Source: Eubacteriales bacterium (lineage in GTDB: Bacteria; Bacillota; Clostridia; Oscillospirales; CAG-272). Taken from it: a DNA stretch of 52,240 nt. The notes below the pieces were generated by a model, which worked only from the letters and a program-made list of their open reading frames with translations, made no database searches and was not told the origin of the DNA. Position numbers and translations under genes: made by a program. This document shows positions 29,443 to 37,080 of the stretch, piece after piece (position 1 is the first letter of the stretch; every line of letters begins with the position of its first letter). The stretch lies in the NCBI GenBank assembly GCA_045605175.1, contig JAZUPL010000059.1:1-52240 (forward strand), given 5' to 3'.

Positions 29443-30492
29443 ATGGTAATCTATTCTAAAAATGACGGTGCTCATTTTGCCGCAATAGGCAGAATTGAAA
29501 CGCCTATTAAAATGATAATCGAAAGAGAGAGTAATATTCTTGACCAAAAAGGGGGTATTTGCGACTGGTTGTTCAATGTAGAAAAGAGCAACCGTTTCGC
29601 TGAAACCATTGTTAGTCAGGGCGACTTCGGAATCTTCATGTCAACATCTGAGGGCGAAGATGCAAATCAGGATAGTTTTATAGAAAACCCCGGAAAGTAT
29701 ATCGAACATATTCAGTTCACAAAGGAATTCGTAATCACAGCTGAGATGATGGAAGATGCTGTAAACGGTATCGCAACAGATGCAAAAAGAAGGGCAGAAA
29801 GTTTTACCCGTGCTTATTACAGAACGAGAAACAAAATATGCGAAACTGCTCTTGCCAAAGGCAACGAATATTCTGCGAATTTTGGCGGTACTACCCTAAA
29901 TCTTACGACATGGGATGACTTGCCACTCTTCCACAACAGTCACAGTTGTGGCAACATGCCCCAATCAAACTACTTCTGGGGCAACTTTACTACCTCTGCC
30001 AGCGATTCAACCAAACTCGACGCCCCAAGATTTGCAGAAGTGCTCTATATGCTTTCCCACGAACTTCGTTCGATGAAGAGCGATAATGGTGAAATTCTTG
30101 GATACACCGCTGACACCATCATTCTTCCCGGAAACAGACCTAAACTTGAGGCTATGGTAAAGGCGGTTTGCGGTAGCGAAACCTCCCCCTTCACCACCGA
30201 CAACAATATCAACCTCCACTATGGCAACTGGAATATCATAGTTCTTCCCTCGTGGACAACCACAAGAGATGAGTTTATGCTGATGTCTTCCGAGGCAAAC
30301 AAGAATATATGTGGCAATATGTTCTTCAACCGCATACCTCTTTCAATAGACAACTGGATTGACCATCGTTCAGGCAACTATATCTGGACTGGTAGATGTC
30401 GTTTTGGTGTAGGTTTTGGTAACTATAAGCATATTCTCCGTGCTATCAACTCCACCGATGAAATCGAAGACGCAACCGAGCTTATTGTATAA
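29443..30492 (+). CDS. Major capsid protein (HK97 fold likely)
   Basis: 349 aa after the scaffold; strong AAGGAG SD; SEGE..DSF.E..K.IEH..F..EF.IT.EMMED, D.LPLF..H and R.R.GVGF patterns. Confidence 0.8.
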   Translation: MVIYSKNDGAHFAAIGRIETPIKMIIERESNILDQKGGICDWLFNVEKSNRFAETIVSQGDFGIFMSTSEGEDANQDSFIENPGKYIEHIQFTKEFVITAEMMEDAVNGIATDAKRRAESFTRAYYRTRNKICETALAKGNEYSANFGGTTLNLTTWDDLPLFHNSHSCGNMPQSNYFWGNFTTSASDSTKLDAPRFAEVLYMLSHELRSMKSDNGEILGYTADTIILPGNRPKLEAMVKAVCGSETSPFTTDNNINLHYGNWNIIVLPSWTTTRDEFMLMSSEANKNICGNMFFNRIPLSIDNWIDHRSGNYIWTGRCRFGVGFGNYKHILRAINSTDEIEDATELIV

Positions 30493-30500
30493 CCGTTTGC

Positions 30501-30570
30501 TTTGCTCGTGAAAATTTCTAAATAATCGAGCACGGGTGCAGACTTGCTCGTTTTCGGGCGCTGCACCCGT
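30501..30570 (+). repeat. Right arm of the inverted repeat plus a strong hairpin after the capsid gene
   Basis: TTTGCTCGTGAAAATTTC (30501-30518); ACGGGTGCAG/CTGCACCCGT 10-bp stem (30532-30570). Confidence 0.8.
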
Positions 30571-30591
30571 TAATTCAAAAAAGGAGGAAGA

Positions 30592-31419
30592 ATGACTTAT
30601 AATCAATTAAAAAAGGATGTATTTCGTCTGGGTTTTGAGACGGTCATTGAGGATGAAAATATTCTTCTCGGAGCTGCAAACTCTGCCCTTGACCTGATAT
30701 ATCTCGACCGTCCGAGAGTAAAAACTTCAAGGCTCTACGTAAAACCTGTGCATTTCGTCCTGTGCCGCGAGTACTTATACATAAAAGGAAATACGGTGAC
30801 TGTACCCCTTGAGGGTGACGCCTATTCATTCACCGCCGTCGGCCGGGGAAAATACACCTTACAATCCCGCGAAAAAAAGGTTAGCCATAACATTTCACTT
30901 GGTGATCTTAATCACAGCGGGCGCCTGGACTCGAGTGGAACTATAACCTTTGAGAGCGAAAGCGGGCTTACAATATACAACCTCGCCTCGATAAAGGAAC
31001 TCGCAGAGGATTTATCAATTCCGCTTTATTCACGGTTAAGAGAGGTGGATCCAACAAACGGCGACGGTGACCTCAGATCCTTTTGCCACAGTCCCTACTA
31101 TGCCGACGGAAAAGAAGTCAAAGAGGCGGTGCTTAAAGGCGAAAAACTGTTTTTACCCGCCGAATTTCAGGGCGAAATCTTCCTTGACTACTACCGAGCA
31201 CCCACACATATAACGGCAGACAACCCGGAACAGAGCATAGATATTTCCGAGGAGGTATCCCCCCTGCTCCCCCTGCTCACCGCCTCATATTTGTGGCTGG
31301 ATGATGACAGCGAAAAGGCTCAGTATTATATGGCTCTGTACCGTCAATCTCTGGCAACTGTAATGCGTTATTCGATTCGCTCTCTGGACTCGAAATACAA
31401 AACTAACGGGTGGGCTTAA
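30592..31419 (+). CDS. Putative head-tail adaptor (podovirus gp11/gp4-like)
   Basis: Position after the capsid gene; N-terminal helices and C-terminal YYRAP..I....D.S..LLP..ASYL..DD....Y pattern. Confidence 0.6.
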   Translation: MTYNQLKKDVFRLGFETVIEDENILLGAANSALDLIYLDRPRVKTSRLYVKPVHFVLCREYLYIKGNTVTVPLEGDAYSFTAVGRGKYTLQSREKKVSHNISLGDLNHSGRLDSSGTITFESESGLTIYNLASIKELAEDLSIPLYSRLREVDPTNGDGDLRSFCHSPYYADGKEVKEAVLKGEKLFLPAEFQGEIFLDYYRAPTHITADNPEQSIDISEEVSPLLPLLTASYLWLDDDSEKAQYYMALYRQSLATVMRYSIRSLDSKYKTNGWA

Positions 31420-31420
31420 T

Positions 31421-34099
31421 ATGGCGGTTTACAGAAAAAACGGAACTCAAAACCAATATACCAAAGCCTACACCAATCTTCGAGGAATCAGAGCGACGGG
31501 CGGGGACGGCGAAGTAGAATATATGGAAAACCTCTACCGTGACTACCACAGCAGCGGAGGGGGATTCCCCGAGAGCGTACCCGGTTACAGACTCTTAACT
31601 AAATTACCCTATAAAATCAATGCCATTTATCCCCTGGGCTCAAGCGACACCACCAAACTTATTATCCACGCCGGCACTTCGCTTTACGTCGTGCCTACAA
31701 GTGCACCGTCTAATTTTATAAAGATAGCAGATATCGGCATTTCGGAAAGTTCCGCCTTTCGATTCGGCAATTATCTTTATTTGTTGTCGGGTGGAAAAAT
31801 GTTCAGAATCAGCACCTCCGGGCTTATACAGGAGGTCGGTGACGACAAGGAGGTAAAACCCTATTCACCTATTGTGTATTTTGACGATGAGAAGTACGAG
31901 CAGCGAAACCTGTTAAGCAATAGAGCAAGAGAACGAATCAGAGTATTCAGTACAGAGCGTTTTGCTTACGGTAGTAAGGGTATAAAATATCACATAGTGG
32001 ATACCGTGTTAAGATATTGCTCGGTTGTTGGGATAGATAGCGAGTTCAGCGGCGCACTTTATATCCCGGGCTATACCCGTATCGGGACTGACGAATACAA
32101 GGTCGTTGACATAGAGGACAAGGCTTTTGCACAAAACACAAGTATTACCGAGGTGCATATTGGTGAGGGGGTTGAGAGGATAGGCAAATTTGCTTTTCAA
32201 AAGAATACTGCATTAACGAAACTTACAACTCCTCGGTCTTTAAGAATAATCGACAACGCCGCCTTTCAGGACTGTACGTCACTGTCCGAGGTTTATCTTT
32301 CGGACGGGCTTGAATACGCCGGCATTGCTGTATTTAATTTCTGCCTATCTCTGAAGAAAATGAACTACTCCCTTGACGAAACCCACTTTAAGGCAATAGA
32401 AAACTACGACCTGATAGACAATTATGAACTTATCTATGAAAGCGAGAATCTTTCAGGAAGAGTAGCCATCCCGATACACTCCGAGGCAAATAGTTGCCAA
32501 AGGGTGACGATTGATCAAGAAGAGATCGAGTTTGAAACAGAGACAGAAAACGGCAAGCCCTGTGCAGTGCTTTTAGACACACAAACGCCCTGGTCGTTGG
32601 ACGGAAAGACGATAGAAATAGAACTGCTTCTTCCCAATTTGTTTTCCCGTTTCGACGGAACAGGGGGTAACGAAGGGCAGATTGAAGGCAAGGCGGCTAT
32701 CTGCGGTTGCAGAATAAGTGAAAAGTTTGACGGACGCATTTTCCTAAGCGGAAACATAAATCTCCCCGGTTCGGTATTTTATTCTGCTGTGGGAGTTGAG
32801 GGTGACGGCGAACCGCTTTATTTCGGAGAATATAACTATTTCAACGACTCAAGAGGCGAGGCAGATATCATATCAATGATGGCGGTGAGGGACTCGCTCG
32901 CAATATTCAAAAACAAGGACGACGGACAAGGAAGCATTATTTACCACTACGGAAAGGACACCGAAGACGATGTAGTGCCGAGAGTATATCCTATAAGTTC
33001 GGTTCATTCGCAACTCGTTGCATGTGGGGCTTCCCGCAATTTCTTTGATGACCCGGTGTTCATATCCCCCTTAGGATTATGTGGAATTGAGCACCGCCAA
33101 CTTGAATATGATAGAAGCATTTCGGTCAGATCCGAAAATGTAAACTACTATTTACTTTCAGAAGATCTCAAAAATGCCGAAATTGTCGAGTGGGAGGGCT
33201 ATCTCTGCATATCGGTCGGAGGCAATATGTATCTCGCTGATTCAAGGGACATAAGCAAGAATCGGCTCGGCAAAATACAATACGAATGGTATATGATAAG
33301 AGGTGTGGGACACTACGATAACGCCATGCCCGTGTACCGTTATTCGCTTAGCAACTCGGATGCATTATCCGAGCACCCCAACCTTGACAGGAAGGTAGAA
33401 GGAATTGTATTCAGTAGTATTTTAACGGATAAAGACGGCGAAAATTCTTTGATGTATTTCACTATGGAGCAGGGTAAAAGGTTTGCCGTTGCACCAACCG
33501 AAGAAACCAAAGGCGGCATCTTCAAAGAAGGCAGATGCTTTACCTCGGACGACGGTATTCATCTTTACTTTACCGCAAGCGACGGATACCTGTACACCTT
33601 CAATAACGATATGCGAGGAATAGCGCCCGAGAGAATACGCGAATCTTTCGACTTCGACGAGGACGAATATTCCTCGGTAATGAAACACAAAATTCACCCG
33701 GATTTTTACGATTTTGGTGGAAGGTCTGTGCGTTATGCCTTGAGGACAAGGGCCGATAACTGCACCTCGCCACACCTGTCTAAGGATACTGTAAAAGGCT
33801 CTTTGGTGGTAAAGTTAAAGAACTTCGGTCGCACTTCTCTAACTCTTGAAGTAGGTACTGACAGGTCGGGTTACAAGGAGATTGTCGAATTTAGCCCCTC
33901 AGATATCGATTTTTATGACATAGATTTCTCAGGTTTTACATTTGCCCTTGCAGACAGTTATACCCTGCCCTTCGGCGAAAAAGAAAAAAACTGGATAGAA
34001 AAGTCGATTTCGCTATATACCGAGAATTTCAGAAGTCCAATAGGTGTAGAAACTGTCGCCTTCCGCTATCGCCTGCGTGGGAAAATAAAGAAAAGATAA
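31421..34099 (+). CDS. Putative tail nozzle/stabilisation protein (beta-propeller, T7 gp12/P22 gp10-like) with an inserted BspA-type LRR domain
   Basis: NLRG, MENL, DGRIFLSGN, VFYS, LAIFK, PVFISPLG and RSENVN beta-rich repeats; IEDKAF/IGKFAF/IDNAAFQDCTSL LRRs. Confidence 0.65.
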   Translation: MAVYRKNGTQNQYTKAYTNLRGIRATGGDGEVEYMENLYRDYHSSGGGFPESVPGYRLLTKLPYKINAIYPLGSSDTTKLIIHAGTSLYVVPTSAPSNFIKIADIGISESSAFRFGNYLYLLSGGKMFRISTSGLIQEVGDDKEVKPYSPIVYFDDEKYEQRNLLSNRARERIRVFSTERFAYGSKGIKYHIVDTVLRYCSVVGIDSEFSGALYIPGYTRIGTDEYKVVDIEDKAFAQNTSITEVHIGEGVERIGKFAFQKNTALTKLTTPRSLRIIDNAAFQDCTSLSEVYLSDGLEYAGIAVFNFCLSLKKMNYSLDETHFKAIENYDLIDNYELIYESENLSGRVAIPIHSEANSCQRVTIDQEEIEFETETENGKPCAVLLDTQTPWSLDGKTIEIELLLPNLFSRFDGTGGNEGQIEGKAAICGCRISEKFDGRIFLSGNINLPGSVFYSAVGVEGDGEPLYFGEYNYFNDSRGEADIISMMAVRDSLAIFKNKDDGQGSIIYHYGKDTEDDVVPRVYPISSVHSQLVACGASRNFFDDPVFISPLGLCGIEHRQLEYDRSISVRSENVNYYLLSEDLKNAEIVEWEGYLCISVGGNMYLADSRDISKNRLGKIQYEWYMIRGVGHYDNAMPVYRYSLSNSDALSEHPNLDRKVEGIVFSSILTDKDGENSLMYFTMEQGKRFAVAPTEETKGGIFKEGRCFTSDDGIHLYFTASDGYLYTFNNDMRGIAPERIRESFDFDEDEYSSVMKHKIHPDFYDFGGRSVRYALRTRADNCTSPHLSKDTVKGSLVVKLKNFGRTSLTLEVGTDRSGYKEIVEFSPSDIDFYDIDFSGFTFALADSYTLPFGEKEKNWIEKSISLYTENFRSPIGVETVAFRYRLRGKIKKR

Positions 34100-34120
34100 C
34101 AAGTAGTAAAAGGAGTTAAA

Positions 34121-34477
34121 ATGAAAGCAACAAAAATTACCGAGGGAGAGATATCAGATCTGCTTATTTCTTCCCTGCCGACAAGACCAACCGCACCCAC
34201 CTCCTTTGGTGGAAAGGGCTTTACGGCATCAGATATGAAAGCGGCGTTTGACGCTCTGCCTCTTTATATAAAGGACAGGTTGAACCTGCTTATAGACAAC
34301 ATCTCTTCATCGGGTGAGGATTCGGTCGCTCACTCGATACAAACAGGCATAAAAGAGGACTATACTCTCGCCAATCTTTTCGAGGATATACTCAGCGGTA
34401 ATATACTTACTCTTATCAATTTTGACGGTGAAACCCTGTATAGTTTTCTACTAAGAGTCAGGGATATGCTCGCATAG
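34121..34477 (+). CDS. Small virion-associated protein (tail fibre N-terminal-like)
   Basis: SSLPTRP..G.G.TASDMKAAFD...RLNLLID; AAGGAG SD; follows the nozzle gene. Confidence 0.5.
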   Translation: MKATKITEGEISDLLISSLPTRPTAPTSFGGKGFTASDMKAAFDALPLYIKDRLNLLIDNISSSGEDSVAHSIQTGIKEDYTLANLFEDILSGNILTLINFDGETLYSFLLRVRDMLA

Positions 34478-34487
34478 GGGAGGTTGT

Positions 34488-34883
34488 ATGACTAAAATAG
34501 AATACTCTACCTTCTCTGGCATAGGCGAGTGGCGAAACTACACCAAGGGGAGCGAAATAACCGAATTTTCCTTTCCTGACACCAAGGACGGCAACCTGAT
34601 TATAGGTGGTTATATATACCCCTTATGCGCCGGTATTGCCACAGTCAATGCAAAGGAGATAAAAGATGGTATTTATCGCCCAAAAATTAACACGGGTGCC
34701 TGTATAATAGCCTTAGAGCCTATCGAAATCAAAAAAGGAAACATCAGTCCCGTTCCCACCGAGGAACAAACAGTAAGACGTCTGTGCAGCCGTTTGGAAG
34801 TGGCAGAGAAGCAGATAGAAACCTTGACCGAGATATGCTATCAACTGCAAAGCAGAATGGGCAACAGCCTACACCTGTTTTGA
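34488..34883 (+). CDS. Hypothetical protein (beta-rich N-terminus, C-terminal coiled coil)
   Basis: GGAGG SD; intact ORF within the operon. Confidence 0.7.
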   Translation: MTKIEYSTFSGIGEWRNYTKGSEITEFSFPDTKDGNLIIGGYIYPLCAGIATVNAKEIKDGIYRPKINTGACIIALEPIEIKKGNISPVPTEEQTVRRLCSRLEVAEKQIETLTEICYQLQSRMGNSLHLF

Positions 34884-34916
34884 ATTTTTCACCGAATAAA
34901 CAAGAAAGGAAACCAG

Positions 34917-35708
34917 ATGAAAAGAAGTATTAAATTTATTATTTTCACCCTTATGCTTGCCTTGATGCTACTCCCCCTTTCGGCAAGCGCCGAGAGTCTT
35001 TCGGAAAATACCGAAACAAACGCGGGCTCAACCGTCTCCGAAGAAGCGGTAAGCACCGACAACGAAGTGGGTATAATAACCGAGCAAGACAAAATAGCAG
35101 AAGATGCCCCACCCCCTGACAATATAGAACAAGAGGAAAAGGGCGATAATCAAATCGAGCAGGGTGACAACAACGACGCTCCCACCGAAGATGAAAACAC
35201 CGCCGCCGGCGCAGGCGACAAGGGGGATAACCCTTTTGAAATGATCTACAACTTTGCCACCCTGCATATAGGCGAGATATTTTCAATTCTCTCCTTTATC
35301 TCTGCGGCACTTGTTGCACTGCTTTATAACAAGGGACTTCTGCCCGCCTTAAAAAATTCGCTCTCGGCTATGGCAAACATACTCTCCGGAGTCAAGGATT
35401 CTACCGAAAAGAGTGAAAACCTATCTAATGAAATGCGACAGCAACTTCTCGAAAAGCTCGACATAGCAGAGGGCGGCCTTAAAACTATGGGTGACTCGAT
35501 TGCCACTCTCACCGAGCGTCTTGACAGTCTTACCGATTCTAAGGATGAGCAGGAAAAAATGCGCTTAATTATGAATGCACAAATAGATATGCTTTACGAA
35601 ATCTTCCTGTGCAGTAGTCTTCCCGAATATCAAAAGGAGGCTGTGCGCGAGAAGGTGGCGGCTATGAAAGAGGTGCTTTGCTGTGAAAAGCAAGAAAACG
35701 CCGATTAG
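34917..35708 (+). CDS. Single-pass membrane protein with signal peptide, acidic ectodomain and coiled-coil tail
   Basis: MKR..LMLLPLSASA signal peptide; D/E/N-rich linker; TM IFSILSFISAALVALLY; heptad-rich C-terminus. Confidence 0.7.
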   Translation: MKRSIKFIIFTLMLALMLLPLSASAESLSENTETNAGSTVSEEAVSTDNEVGIITEQDKIAEDAPPPDNIEQEEKGDNQIEQGDNNDAPTEDENTAAGAGDKGDNPFEMIYNFATLHIGEIFSILSFISAALVALLYNKGLLPALKNSLSAMANILSGVKDSTEKSENLSNEMRQQLLEKLDIAEGGLKTMGDSIATLTERLDSLTDSKDEQEKMRLIMNAQIDMLYEIFLCSSLPEYQKEAVREKVAAMKEVLCCEKQENAD

Positions 35709-36057
35709 TATTTTGCTTTGGGTTGTGGGTATGCTACTCTGTGTGGGCGCACCGCTTATAGCAACACTCTCCTACTTTCCCGTTTGGGTGGCGCAGGGTG
35801 GCGAGTTTGTCATTTCCGGCTTTACCCTGCTTATCGCTATTATATGCGCTTTGCCCCTTTACAGGTGGCTTAAAAACGGAATTTCATCCCCCTCGGGGAT
35901 TACCGTGTGGCTTGTGTTATTCCTTATATTTTTTGCACTTGCAAGGGTAGCAAACGAGATGACCGTAATTGCCTTCGTCGGATTCGTGGGAAACATTCTT
36001 GGAGGAATAGCCTTCAAAATTAGCAAAAAACTAACAGAGGAAGGAAAGAATGAATAA
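35683..36057 (+). CDS. Four-TM membrane protein
   Basis: Four hydrophobic segments; overlaps both neighbours; GAGG SD. Confidence 0.7.
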   Translation: MKSKKTPISILLWVVGMLLCVGAPLIATLSYFPVWVAQGGEFVISGFTLLIAIICALPLYRWLKNGISSPSGITVWLVLFLIFFALARVANEMTVIAFVGFVGNILGGIAFKISKKLTEEGKNE

Positions 36058-36895
36058 CGACTTCGACCCGACGCTCTTAGCCTCAGGCAACCTGGTTAAA
36101 AAGGGATATAGGCTCCTGGCAGAAAACGTGGGAAAAACGATAGCCCTGATTACCGCTATCATTGCCGTACTCGTAAGTTTTACCGAGATTGGATTCTACG
36201 AATTTGGCTCAAAGGAGATGACAGCCAACCTTATTCTTATCACGGTGGCGTCATACATAATATATTTCTCTATGGAAGATGCAGGCGAGAGGCTTGGCAG
36301 ACAGAGCGAAGAATATCTCTCTTGCGAAAAGTCGTACATCGAGATTCGCGACAAGATAGAGGCCGGCGACACCCAACTTCTGAGAGAATATTGCAAGGAA
36401 TACACCGAGGCAGAACTCGAACACAGGCGAGCGATGATGCTGGCAGAGGGTGGACTCACCCCCAAGGACTACGCCGACTATCTTGATGGCAACAAATTCC
36501 CACTTAAAGAGAGATTCACCCTATACCGTGCTAAAAATTCACGCCCGATAGACCTCACGATAGGCACGCTATTAAGCGAGAGAAATAGCGAAACAAAGGA
36601 ACTTCGTAATCCTGATGCACTTAAACCCCTCCGTCTATTTCTCTCTTTGATTCCTTCCACTCTTTGCACCTTTTTTACCGTATCGGTTATGCTCAGCACC
36701 CGTGACGGACTTACGGTAGAAACCGTTATTGAGAGCATTCTCAAACTCTCCTGTCTGCCAATCGTGGCACTGAGAGGTTATTCTCGTGGATACACCCACG
36801 CAAAAGAGGGGCAAAGCGCCTGGTTGCGCGTCAAGACATCCCTGCTTTGCGGCTACCTCAAAAAGAAGGACGAATTACTTGCCAAGACAAAATAG
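36050..36895 (+). CDS. Membrane protein (2 TM, soluble helical loop, 2 TM)
   Basis: Hydrophobic pairs around aa 30-75 and 195-240; last gene before the terminator. Confidence 0.7.
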   Translation: MNNDFDPTLLASGNLVKKGYRLLAENVGKTIALITAIIAVLVSFTEIGFYEFGSKEMTANLILITVASYIIYFSMEDAGERLGRQSEEYLSCEKSYIEIRDKIEAGDTQLLREYCKEYTEAELEHRRAMMLAEGGLTPKDYADYLDGNKFPLKERFTLYRAKNSRPIDLTIGTLLSERNSETKELRNPDALKPLRLFLSLIPSTLCTFFTVSVMLSTRDGLTVETVIESILKLSCLPIVALRGYSRGYTHAKEGQSAWLRVKTSLLCGYLKKKDELLAKTK

Positions 36896-36942
36896 CATAG
36901 TTTTCACAACTGCTAAAGGTCTTAAAAACTCGTAAAACGAGT

Positions 36943-36975
36943 CCACCTCCGCCAAAAGCGGAGGTGGTTTTATTT
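36943..36975 (+). terminator. Intrinsic terminator closing the capsid cluster
   Basis: CCACCTCCGC-CAAAA-GCGGAGGTGG followed by TTTTATTT. Confidence 0.85.
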
Positions 36976-37018
36976 TGTGTTTTCTTGGTTAAATAAATGC
37001 AAGTTGACATTTTACTGA

Positions 37019-37047
37019 TTGACATACAGATAAAAATGGGTTATACT
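37019..37047 (+). promoter_or_regulatory. sigmaA promoter of the helicase gene
   Basis: TTGACA-17 bp-TATACT. Confidence 0.75.
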
Positions 37048-37080
37048 TTAATAGAAGAATTTATGTAGAAGGAGGTTGTT

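Larger units (their letters stand above)
24476..36895 (+). mobile_element. Phage-derived head/packaging/short-tail gene cluster (GTA-like or domesticated prophage remnant)
   Basis: 14 co-oriented, mostly overlapping or abutting intact ORFs: terS, terL, portal, scaffold, capsid, adaptor, nozzle and membrane proteins; no integrase, replication or lysin gene recognised. Confidence 0.8.

Noticed and set aside
23720-37080. Complete temperate prophage with att sites
   Set aside because: No integrase, immunity, replication or lysin genes, no tRNA target and no flanking direct repeat seen by eye. A short att core cannot be excluded without computation.
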